Positions 46,342-56,083 of a stretch of DNA of 64,000 nt are shown here, in pieces. Origin of the DNA: an uncultured Verrucomicrobiae bacterium. Lineage in GTDB: Bacteria; Verrucomicrobiota; Verrucomicrobiia; Limisphaerales; Palsa-1400. Positions within the stretch are counted from its first letter, which is position 1, and each line of letters starts with the position of its first letter. Where the stretch lies: NCBI GenBank assembly GCA_963707025.1, contig CAVPOM010000013.1, positions 80,690 through 144,689 of the forward strand. The letters are read 5' to 3'. The position numbers and the translations under genes were made by a program. The notes beneath the pieces are model-generated. The model saw nothing but the letters and a program-made list of their open reading frames with translations, was not told the origin of the DNA and ran no database searches.

Positions 46342-47345
46342 GAGCATTTCCATAAATCATGTAGCGTAGCGGGCGTTTAAAAAGAAGCCCCGGCAATCGG
46401 CGGTGGAGATGGCTTCAAAGGCAATCTTCGCCGCTTGGAGCAGTTCCTTGGCGGTTCGCGGCGCGAGACCTCGCATAATTTGTTTGACCTTGCTCCACAT
46501 ATTTTCGATGGGATTAAAGTCTGGCGAATAGGGCGGCAGATACAGCAGCGTTGCCCCGGCCTCTTCGATGGCTTGGCGGACTCCGGTCACCTTATGCGTG
46601 GCCAAGTTGTCCATGATGACCAAGTCACCCTTGCGCAACTCCACCACCAGCCCCTGCTGGATCCAGGCCAAAAACATTTCCCCGTCCATGGCCCCCTCAA
46701 AGAGGCAGGGGGCCGCAGGCCCGGCCAGACGAATGGCGCAGACCAGGGTGGTGGTCTGATAATGTCCCTGCGGGACGTGGGCCGCCAGTCTTCGGCCCAC
46801 GGGTGACCGCCCGCAAAAACGGGTCATCTTGGTGTTGGCCCCGCTTTCATCCACGAAGACCAGTCGGGCAGGTGGGTCACTTGCCAGACGCTCATGCCAA
46901 TGGGCCCGCTTTTCGGCCACGTCCGGACGGTTCTGCTCGGCGGCGCAGAGCGTTTTTTTTATAGCTCAACCCCAGTTTGCGCAGCCACAAATCCACAGTG
47001 GAGGTCCCGAAAGGGCGGTCCAGACGCGCCCCCAACTCGGCCAACGTCGCGTCGGGCTGGGCCGCCACCAGCTTTTGCAGGCGAGCCTGGCGTCCGGCGT
47101 TCAGCAGCGTTTTGCGCCCGCACAAATGGGTTTGCGGCTGGAGCGTGCCGCGCTCTTGGAACTGCTGCCGGACCCGGCGCACCGCCGCCACGCAAAAGCC
47201 GAAAAAGTCCGCGATCTCGCGGGTGCTTTTGCCTTGTTCATAGAGTTGCAGGATGCGCTCGCGCGCAGACACGGGTATCGCTCGCATGGCTCAAGCCTGC
47301 CAGCCCTCTCGCCCCAGTCAAGCTATATCATTTATGGAAACGCTC
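46342..47345 (-). mobile_element. IS630-family insertion sequence
   Basis: 24-bp inverted repeats (21/24 match); TA duplicated at 46340-46341 and 47346-47347. Confidence 0.93.
46357..47287 (-). CDS. IS630 transposase, two ORFs joined by a -1 frameshift
   Basis: HTH ORF 47287-46892; DDE ORF with FVDES, MDNL..HK, YSPDFNPIE; A8 slippery run at 46953-46960. Confidence 0.9.
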
Positions 47346-47535
47346 TAATGGCCACCCCCACCGTGCTGCCGGGAGCGCCGTTCGTTGAGCTGACGGACAA
47401 AATCGTAGCCGCCCAAAGCGGTCCGCCCGCAGGCACAACCGCCATCAACGCTGTCAGCCAACTCAGACGCACATTAAACTGCACGCGGGCACCCTACACC
47501 AAATCAGCGCGCAGCGCAATGCGGCCCGGCCACTC

Positions 47536-47624
47536 GGCAGCGTCCTGATCTGTTGCAGCGGAAGCCTGTGGCTCGAAATCGGCGCACAGCGCCGACGCTA
47601 CAACCATCAAATCAGGCCGCTACC
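47536..47624. repeat. Short MITE-like element
   Basis: GGCAGCGTCCTGAT / ATCAGGCCGCTACC imperfect inverted ends; interior shared with 17902-17963. Confidence 0.5.
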
Positions 47625-47674
47625 CGTGCGTTTGCCTTCTTTCCTTCTCTGACAAAGCATGATTTAATTTCGAC

Positions 47675-49498
47675 ATGCATACCTCGCTTCGCCTGCTCCT
47701 GGCCGCCATGGGCGTCACCGCGGCTGGTCTTCCTCTCCTTGCCCAGAACAGCGCCGCGCCCGCCGGCGGGGTCGCGTCCGCGCCGGCGGATGGCACGGTC
47801 CGGCGCCTGGTCTTCGATGGCGTCAAGTCGGAGCAAAAGTGGGCCTTGAATGACCTGACCCCCGCCCTGCCCTCGGATTGGTCGCCTTACAATTATCTGG
47901 TCCTGGAGATGCGCACCTCCAGCCCGCAGCGATTTTCCCTTTGGGTTCACACCGCCCACGGCCCGCGCCGCATCATGCTCCAGCCCTTCGGCCAGAACGT
48001 CTGGCTGCGCGCCTCCATCCCGCTGAGCTTCTTGCGGGGCCGCGACCAGAAAGGCACCGACCTGGCCTCCGTCAACAACCGCCGCGCCGATTCCTTCTGG
48101 ATGTCCGTCTGGGGCCCGTTCGGCGACCTGGCCGCCGTCCAGTCCCTGGCTTTCGTCATGGATTACCCGATCAACAAACCGGCGGTCGAGCTTCGCGCCG
48201 TCCGGCTGGCGAAGGAGGACGAAGGCTCGGTCTTCCTGGAAAAGACACCCGTGCTGGATGAATTCAACCAATGGGCGCACGCCGACTGGCCGCGCAAAAT
48301 CCACAGCCGCGCCCAACTGGACCAGGAACTGGCCGACGAAAGCAAATCGCTCAAGCCCGGCGATTTCGGTTATTGCGAATACGGCGGCTACAGCAACACC
48401 CAGGCCAGGGCCACCGGCTTTTTCCGCGTTGAACAAATTGACGGCAAATGGTGGTTCGTGGACCCGCACGGCCACTTGTTCCTTTCCACCAGTCTCAACG
48501 GCCTCGGTGGCCGCGGCGGGGGACGCGGGGGCGGGGCCAATGCGCCAACCAATCTCGCCTCCAGCCTCCAGGCCCGCCGCCTCGCCGCCTGGGGCTTCAA
48601 CACCGGCGGCCAGGGCATGAACAAGCCCTACATCGTCATGGCCGCGGCCCGCGGAGGAGCCAACAGTTTCCTCGGTCTGCCCGATGTTTATTCCGATGAG
48701 TTCGCCGGCGCCGCCGAACAAACCGCCGTCCGCTTGTGCGCGCCGCGCAAGGACGATCCGCTCCTGCTCGGCTATTTCATCGGCAACGAACCCCCGTGGG
48801 CCAACCGCGAGTCCGAAGTCGTGGACATGATCCGCAAAGGCCCCGCCACCGCCACGCAACTCAAACTCCAGGAATTCCTCCAAGCCGGCGACACTCCCGC
48901 GCGCCGCGCCGATTTCGTCCTCGCCGCCTTTGAGAAGCAGCTCGACCTGGTCTGCGGCGCCATTCACCGGCAGGACTCCAATCACCTCATCCTCGGCATC
49001 CGCTTCGGCGGGGATGTCCCCGAGGCCGTGTTGCGGGCCGCCCGGGTGTTTGACGTGTGCAGCATCAACGTTTACGAGTACGAACCGGCCAAACAAGTGG
49101 AGCGCGTCTGCCGCGTGACCGGACGCCCCGTGCTCATCGGCGAATTTCATTTCGGCGTGCCCGCGGATGGTTTGGGCGCCGGCCTGGTCCAGACGCAAGA
49201 CCAGGCCGAACGCGCCAAGGGCTACCGCTACTACGTCGAGCAGGCGGCGGCCTTGCCGGGATTCCTTGGCGCCCACTGGTTCACCTGGCGCGATGAGCCG
49301 GTGCTGGGCCGGTTTGATGGCGAGAACTATAACATCGGCTTCGTGGATGCGACCGATCGTCCCTACCCCGAACTGGTCGAGGCGGCCAAGGCCACCCATG
49401 CGCGCCTGTGGGAAGTCCATTCCGGCAAGGCCCCGCCCTTCCAGCAACGCCCCAAAGCCTCCAGCGCCGGAACCCCGGCCTCGCCCTGGACGGAGTAG
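47675..49498 (+). CDS. Secreted GH50-like (beta-agarase family) glycoside hydrolase
   Basis: ATGFFRV...WWFVDP.G, GYFIGNE, IGEFHFG, GAHWF...DGENYNIGFVD..D.PY. Confidence 0.8.
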   Translation: MHTSLRLLLAAMGVTAAGLPLLAQNSAAPAGGVASAPADGTVRRLVFDGVKSEQKWALNDLTPALPSDWSPYNYLVLEMRTSSPQRFSLWVHTAHGPRRIMLQPFGQNVWLRASIPLSFLRGRDQKGTDLASVNNRRADSFWMSVWGPFGDLAAVQSLAFVMDYPINKPAVELRAVRLAKEDEGSVFLEKTPVLDEFNQWAHADWPRKIHSRAQLDQELADESKSLKPGDFGYCEYGGYSNTQARATGFFRVEQIDGKWWFVDPHGHLFLSTSLNGLGGRGGGRGGGANAPTNLASSLQARRLAAWGFNTGGQGMNKPYIVMAAARGGANSFLGLPDVYSDEFAGAAEQTAVRLCAPRKDDPLLLGYFIGNEPPWANRESEVVDMIRKGPATATQLKLQEFLQAGDTPARRADFVLAAFEKQLDLVCGAIHRQDSNHLILGIRFGGDVPEAVLRAARVFDVCSINVYEYEPAKQVERVCRVTGRPVLIGEFHFGVPADGLGAGLVQTQDQAERAKGYRYYVEQAAALPGFLGAHWFTWRDEPVLGRFDGENYNIGFVDATDRPYPELVEAAKATHARLWEVHSGKAPPFQQRPKASSAGTPASPWTE

Positions 49499-49689
49499 GC
49501 CCGATGCCCAAACCCGCCGCCCGTTTGAAACTAGGATTGACAGTAGAGGCGGTTAAGAAAAGCCTTCAAGGTTGGGCCGGCAAGCCGGCGACCTGGAGAA
49601 TCATGGCTTTGCTTTCGGCGCGGTTCCCAGGCTGGTAATACTCATCCACCGCGCTGGGAGGCGTTTGCACGCGCAAGGGGTATTTTGCG

Positions 49690-49930
49690 CGAAGGTGTAG
49701 CCAGCCGGATACGTCCGGCTTCCTGACGTTTGGCTCATCCAGCCTTGCGTGGTGTAGGAATTGGTGAAAAAGTTCCATCGGGCAACATCATCCCGATGAC
49801 CCGGTTCATCTTGTCAATATACATCGTGTTGGTCTGCGGTGCCTGTCCCGACCCCGGTGCAGGCGTCGCGGTCTGATACACCTGATCCGCGTTGTTGTAC
49901 ACACTGGTCGTCGTCTCGTTGCGCGCATCA
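49690..49930 (-). pseudogene. RHS/YD-repeat core fragment
   Basis: Translates DARNETTTSVYNNADQVYQTATP...DKMNRV...PDGT, then after a frameshift FTNSYTTQGWMSQTSGSRTYPAGYTF. Confidence 0.7.
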
Positions 49931-49937
49931 GCGCCAC

Positions 49938-51451
49938 CCCGCCCGACCCCAGGTTGCTTGAAGACCTCCTATGTACGCGAATAATCACCCCAAGCGGCTC
50001 TTGCAATGGGGAGCATACGCGCCCCCGCGTGTGCTGACAGGCGCCCTCGCCTGTCAGTCTGCGCTTCAAACCTCTGGATACGGGCCGCTGGGACGAAGAG
50101 TGTTCGGCGGGGGGCCGAGCCGCTTTCGAGTCGTGATGGGAAGGCCCGAAAATCGCTTTGGTGGCTTCCCTCGGAGAGGCCTGGCGAGACTGACGTTTGG
50201 TGATTTTTTACCACTCATATATCACGTTGATTCGCAATGATTTACGCCTTATCTAAGCGCCATTTTGGTTTGACCCATTTGACGTGGATCTGATCGGGAA
50301 ACGACGGATTCGGGGAGCGCGTGCGTCTCGCACGCCGTGTTTGGCGTCCCGCCAAACACATCCCGGCTTGGCCTCTCCCGGAAGGCAGCCCATCCGAAAG
50401 TCAATTCATGCCAAGGAACGGCGCAGAGGTGGGTCGCGAGACGCGCCCCACGGCGACCGGGAAGTCAGAACAACAGTAGGCTGGCCCGCTGAGCGGGCTG
50501 GTCGCGCTCCCCAACCCTTTCAGTCTTCAGCGGGAATCCACTGAAATCGTCGAGGCAACTCCAGACTTTGGGTTGACCCATTTTCGAGTGTCCATAAGTC
50601 GTTGCACTTCAATCTATTGCATCCCAATTTGGGCAAAGCTATAGTTTGACCGCTTTCACTGGCAAAGGGAGGGTGAGGTGCGCCACACCCGTTACACCGT
50701 TACAGTTGTTGATTATCAAAGGCTTACGAAAACTGCCCCCGTTACACCCCGTTACATTTTGTTACATCCAGCTTGCCGCCCTTCATCAGATCGGTCAGGT
50801 CTTCGATGAGTTGCTCCCTGTCAATGGCCCCTTCGCTGCTTTCCATGAACTTTTCTACGGCTTGTGCCTCGTTTTGCCCATCAACCACCTCCTGAGCGGC
50901 CTTGGCGGCTGCCAGCGCCTCATTTTCCTTTGGCGCTTCGAGGGCGAGGTCGCTCATGGCGTGGAGTTCTGGGAGCTTCCTTTGCACTTCTTGCTTGAGC
51001 ACGTAGTGGTCGAGGGCTTGGCGGAAGGCCGAGACTCCGTCGTCAAGGGACCTTCAGCGACTTCACGACCAGGCTGATACCAGGGGCTTCGGCGACTCTG
51101 ACGTTTGAGGAGTAGTTCTGATAAGGGGAATCAAACGTCAGTCTCGCCGAAGGGGGAAAGCGAAGGTGCAGGACAGGGCAAATATATGGTCTGACCCCTT
51201 GCACGCTCTCAGACGGGCTGTGGAGATTGCTCCGCGCCCGTCCAGTGATGGGAGAGAGGCGTCTTGCACAACGAAATACGCCGCCAGCCGGCTTCTCCAT
51301 TCGGGAGAACGCCGGCTGACGGCAGGCCAATGGCCGGTTGTGACACTTCAGGCGGTTCCTGGGGATCGGGCGGGGCGGGCTTTAGCCCGCCCGCCCGACC
51401 CCAGGTTGCTTGAAGAGTTCCTATGTACATGAACGATCAACCCAAGTGGCT
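49938..51451. repeat. ~62-bp direct repeat (49938-49999 and 51390-51451)
   Basis: CCCGCCCGACCCCAGGTTGCTTGAAGA..TCCTATGTAC..GAA..ATCA.CCCAAG occurs in both. Confidence 0.85.
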
Positions 51452-51779
51452 AAATGAAGAAAAGCGATGCCCGGCGCATCGCAGCGCCGCCCCTCGCGGC
51501 GGCCAAGAGCGAGTAAAAGCACAGTCTGATTTTCCCCCTCCGCGAAAGCGGAAAACTATGTTGACACGTAAAAGCGGCCTTTGCCTTTCCTTCCATGCCT
51601 TTAACTCTCCTAGTGGTGATGGCGGCGGATTCGATGTTGCGAGGGGCGTACAGGGCGCAAGCTGGAAACCGGCGACTTTACGACCGGGCTGTTACCAGGG
51701 GCTTCGCCGAGTCTGGCGTTTGAGGCGTAGTCTCACAAGGGGAATCAAACGTCAGTCTCGTCGAAGGGCGATGCAAGGT
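51057..51779. repeat. ~110-bp direct repeat with a long hairpin (51057-51168 and 51672-51779)
   Basis: CTTCG.CGA.TCTG.CGTTTGA...TCAAACGTCAGTCTCG.CGAAG; one arm also occurs near 50183-50199. Confidence 0.85.
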
Positions 51780-51792
51780 CACTCCGTCTGGC

Positions 51793-52146
51793 TTACGGAA
51801 ATTTCGATGGAATCTCCTCCTTCTCCTTCTGCTTAATGCGCTTCATTTTCAAGAGCGCAACGATGCCAGCTAAAAACAAGAACCCTGAAAAAAGAACTCC
51901 GAGGAGTATGGATTCAATATCTTCCCATTGAGAATAATACCGGGAGTCAATCACAGATCCAACCGATCCTATTCCACCCACAATGACCGCAACCCACGCG
52001 CATAGAATCATGAAAGGGGTTCGCTTACCTTTGAGACTCTTCCATAATGTGTAAACTGACGCTGGATAAACCAGCAAGAGAAACAATACGCCTAACAAGG
52101 CAAACCCCAATCCGCTTTCACCTAGAGCAAACATAAAATAATCCAT
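51793..52146 (-). CDS. Candidate membrane immunity protein for the RHS toxin
   Basis: Three hydrophobic helices, low GC, directly downstream of the toxin stop. Confidence 0.65.
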   Translation of the reverse strand: MDYFMFALGESGLGFALLGVLFLLLVYPASVYTLWKSLKGKRTPFMILCAWVAVIVGGIGSVGSVIDSRYYSQWEDIESILLGVLFSGFLFLAGIVALLKMKRIKQKEKEEIPSKFP

Positions 52147-52168
52147 GATGACAATAGTTCGAGTGGGT

Positions 52169-54705
52169 TCAGTTGAACCATCTGCCTTGGTCGGCATCGA
52201 AGATAAAGAAGTCGGCAGGGAGCGGCGGTGGTGGACACTTCATGAATTGCCACAGCCAAGCCGTAGCCTTATCCAAATTGCTGCCCGGTCCAGGGTCGAA
52301 GCTTTCATGGGCAACATGATGGACCGCTTCTGCCCAAGTCCATGGGTTGTACCAGGCCAATCCGTGCCAGACTTGAAAGCCATGGTGGGGTGGGGATGTG
52401 GAGTCCTGCAATGTGTGCAGCGCAAGTCCGAAATACCAGAGTGCGGCATCATGAGAAACACCAGAGAAATCACCACAATCGGCACAATATAGCGTTTGCG
52501 CCAGTGTCATATTCTTCTTGATCCAACCATTCGCAAGATATTTAGCACAGCGTTTTGACTCGCCAGGAGACGACATAGCATGTTTTGCGGTTGACTCATA
52601 GCTAGTGCCTTGGTCGTTATTGACGTTGACGGTGGCTCCGTCCAAAATGGCTATATCTGAAGTGCTGCCAGGTATCACACGATTTATCGAGTTTTCGTGA
52701 GTGAAAGGTATAGCGGCCCCGCTGTTAAGTAACCAGCCATACCAAGGACTCGCTGAAGGCCACCGACCAAGACAATCGAACTTGGAGACCGGGTCATTAC
52801 CGACAAAAACCATTTGTCCGCCATCCGCAGCAGGGGTGGGCAGTTTATCCTCATCCGAGTTTTCGAAATGAGCTGATTTGGAAAGCAGAGGATCGCGGCT
52901 CAGCCATCTTCCGGTGGAGGGGTTGTAATATCTGGCACCATAATAATAAAACCCTGACTCCCGATCATTGTATTTGGTCGAGAAGAAGAATGGATTGATA
53001 AGCGCCAATGGGCCGGTGGCGCGGATGAGTTCGCCAAAGGCCCCGTATTCGCATTGTTCCGCGATACTCCCGTTCGCAGCATTCACCAACGCCGTGACAT
53101 TGCCATTCCCGTCATAACAGTAGAAATACGTCCCCGCATTCGCGCCGCTATAAACCCTCATCGAAATTAGCCCGCCCACGCCGCCTGCCCCTTGAGGCGA
53201 ACCGCTCAGGTCCAGCCCCCATACGAACGAATAGACCAGGTTGTCCCCGCCGTCCAATATCGCAACCACGTTCCAGCCGTCATAAACAAACCTGTTTGTA
53301 GAGGAATAAACCCAGCCGCTTCCGTTGTTGGTCGAAACAATCTTCTGGATGCGGCGGCCTATGTAATCATACGTGAAAGCAAGGTTCAACAATGACCCGC
53401 TTGGGCTGCCGCTCAGACTTGTCATGTTGGTCAGGCGGTTCTCGGCGTCCCAAGCATAGCTCCAACGACCATCACTGGTCTGATTTCCATCCAGATCGAA
53501 GCCGTAGGTCTCTGGCGTCTGGGGCAGGAAAACGTGGCCGATGTTGGTGGTGCCATACTCGGCGTTGGTGCCATTGGTCAACGCGGCTAAAGTCGTCACT
53601 GTTTGATAAACCGGGCCGGGGGTGTTGGTAATCGGCAGTTGCCGCCAGAAATAATTCGTCTTGCGATAGGCCAGGGTTTGGTCCACCCACACGGTCGCCG
53701 TGTTGGTCGCGCTGCCGATAATGTCCACCGCGCCCGGAACCGTTCGACTCGCGTATTCGTTCAAACTGTTGGCGCTGTAACTGGCCAGGCGCTGATTGGC
53801 CCCGTTTTGATCCCCCCCGGCCAGGGTCATCCTGCGATTGCCGATGGTGTCAAAGCCGTAACCGAATTGCTGCCCCGCCACCACTGAATTGTCCGGCCAT
53901 TTCTTCACCGCGTTCGTCACTTGCCCAAGGGCATCATACCCATACACCCAATAGGTATTGTCCACAGCCGTCACCGCCGTCCGCTGGTTGGCCGAGTTGT
54001 ACTGATACTGATAATTAACCACAGATGACCCGGATGACGCCGAGGAGATCCCCGTCAGGCGGTTCAAATAATCGTAACTGTTGCTCGTCGTCATCACCGT
54101 CGTTGCATTGCTCGCAAAGGTAATATGATCCACCAAAGGCGAATTGGCAAGGTACGAATACGTGGCCGAATTGGTTCCGTCCGAGACGGTCAAAAGGCGC
54201 GAGGCGGTATCGAAGGAAATGGAGCATTGGAGTAATGGAGTGCTGGAGTTAAGGGCGGTGAGAATCGTCCGCCGGCCCAAATTGTCGTAGCCGTTCGTGA
54301 GCGAAATACCACTCAGCGGCCCGCCTGAATACGATTCGCTCAACCCATCGCCTGCCAGGTCGTACCCCCCACGTCGTGGTGATCGCGCCCTGCGTGGTCG
54401 TGGTCCGATCTCCGCGACGGTCATAGACCGCCGCTACAGAGGGCGTGCTCGGCGGATAACCGATTCCGCTCAACTGCCCCGCGCTGTTGTAACTGTTGGT
54501 TGTCACCACGGCCCGCGCCCAGGTACGCGTCTTCAATTTCCCTGCCGCCGTGTAGGTGTAAGACGGGCCGTTGTTGTCGGCGTACTTCTTGGAATTGAGC
54601 CAGCCCCGGTTGGTGTCGTAATTCCAGGTCGTCACCGCCGATCCGGACAACGGGAAATTCGTCCACGTCGTCAGCGTTTTGGTCCGCCCCTGCGCGTCGA
54701 AGGTG
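52169..54705 (-). pseudogene. N-terminally truncated RHS toxin gene; frameshift in the C6 run at 54365-54370
   Basis: YD repeats, FSTKY...YYYGARYYNP..GRWLSRDP, NDPVSKFDCLGR junction, low-GC C-terminal domain. Confidence 0.85.
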
Positions 54706-54803
54706 AGCGTGTGCAGTTTGCCCGGATTGGTCTGACTTCGCACCCAACCCCGCCATCCCCGGTTTCGCACCCTTGGCTCCGTTGCCGCCACTGGCTCTGC
54801 CGC

Positions 54804-54914
54804 GGGCGTAAATCAGCTTTTGACAAAGCGGACTCAGTCGGAGGTAGGGACGGCTCGCCGAGCCGTCCGCGGTCGCCTCGGCGAGGCGACCCTACCAAAA
54901 GCTGATTTACGCCC
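54804..54914. mobile_element. 111-bp MITE with perfect 19-bp inverted repeats and 9-bp target duplication
   Basis: GGGCGTAAATCAGCTTTTG / CAAAAGCTGATTTACGCCC; CTCTGCCGC at 54795-54803 and 54915-54923; internal GGTAGGG...CCCTACC hairpin. Confidence 0.85.
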
Positions 54915-54975
54915 CTCTGCCGCGGTGAAGCAGGATGGAATTTGAACTCTTTTTTCGTTCGTGGCACAAATAGGC

Positions 54976-55545
54976 ATGGATGCAGTGAAACTGGTCGCGG
55001 CACTCAAAGGCCGCGACTCGGCAGCCATCGAGGCGTTGATCGCAACGCATGGGGATCGCCTGCTGCGCTCCGCCACCTTGCTGTGCGGAGATGAAAGCAA
55101 CGCGCAGGACTTGGTCCAGGACACTTTTGTCGAGGCGCTTCGGTCGGTGCATCGCTTTCGGGGGCAAGCCAGTCTCTATACCTGGCTGCACTCAATTCTC
55201 TTGAATTTGACGCGGCATTACCACCGGGACAGCAAACGGCTGGTGTATGACAACGAATTGGCCGCGCAGGAGGTTTCGGTTTTGGAAGAGCGGCCCAGCG
55301 CCTTGGATTGCCAGAGCGCGGCGGCGGAACTGGCGCGGGCCTTGCGCCAGCTTTCGGAATCGCACCGGGAGGTCCTGGTGTTGCGCTATTATGAGCACAT
55401 GAAAATCCACCAACTGGCCCGGCACCTCGGCGTCTCGCAAGGCACGGTCAAATCCCGGCTGCACTACGCCCTCCTGGAAATGCAAAAACTTCTGCCGGCC
55501 GAAATGAACCTTTTCGGCGCCGGCGGCACAAAGGAGACGGCATGA
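54976..55545 (+). CDS. ECF sigma-70 factor
   Basis: AQDLVQDTF...FRG.ASLYTWL...REVLVLRYY...GTVKSRLH. Confidence 0.9.
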   Translation: MDAVKLVAALKGRDSAAIEALIATHGDRLLRSATLLCGDESNAQDLVQDTFVEALRSVHRFRGQASLYTWLHSILLNLTRHYHRDSKRLVYDNELAAQEVSVLEERPSALDCQSAAAELARALRQLSESHREVLVLRYYEHMKIHQLARHLGVSQGTVKSRLHYALLEMQKLLPAEMNLFGAGGTKETA

Positions 55546-56066
55546 ACTGCGAACACCTTAATTTATACGATTATCTGGACGATTCCCTTTCGCCGTCCCG
55601 AAAGGCCGCGGCGGAAAAACATCTCGCCGGCTGCCCCGCCTGCCGCGAAGCGGTGCGGCGGGAGTCGCAACTTGCCCAATCGCTTTTCAGCCGGCTCGAA
55701 CAAGCCGTCGAAACGGTTGCGCTGGACCCCGCGGCCCAGCGCGTCATGGCAACGGCGGTCGAACGTAAGATTGCCCAAGACCGCGAACGGCCGCTTGTTT
55801 TATTTTGGCGCCGCCTGGCTTGGCCGCTCGCCGCGGCCGCCGTGATTCTGATGGCCGCGCTCTGGATGGAACACCATTTTGTTGCCGAACAGAATCCGCA
55901 TGCGCAAACGGCGCGCCTCCCGGCGCGCGCCGACCACCGGGAAGTTCTCATCCATCTTTCCTACTCCGTGCCAGGCTACACCTTCCGAAAGGAAGGCAAC
56001 CTGGTGGTTGACGCCCTGACCTGCGACACGCTGGTGGCGGACGGGACTTTGCCAGGGAAAAATTAG
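55542..56066 (+). CDS. zf-HC2 anti-sigma factor
   Basis: C...YLD..L...HLAGCPAC followed by a TM helix; ATGA overlap. Confidence 0.85.
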   Translation: MNCEHLNLYDYLDDSLSPSRKAAAEKHLAGCPACREAVRRESQLAQSLFSRLEQAVETVALDPAAQRVMATAVERKIAQDRERPLVLFWRRLAWPLAAAAVILMAALWMEHHFVAEQNPHAQTARLPARADHREVLIHLSYSVPGYTFRKEGNLVVDALTCDTLVADGTLPGKN

Positions 56067-56083
56067 AAACCTCAAACCGATCC

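Larger units (their letters stand above)
45783..47484 (-). pseudogene. Secreted cohesin-like domain protein interrupted by IS630
   Basis: Removing the IS and one TA restores MQFNVRLSWL...ILSVSSTNGAPGSTVGVAINYSTDTNAPSLQFDLVYD in frame with ORF 45783-46295. Confidence 0.75.

Noticed and set aside
46953..46960. Transposase frameshift as a sequencing error or novelty
   Set aside because: It matches the established -1 slippery-site arrangement of IS630 elements.
51057..51779. Possible retron msr-msd or group II intron remnant
   Set aside because: No reverse transcriptase or recognisable intron domain V was seen. Kept only as a hairpin repeat.
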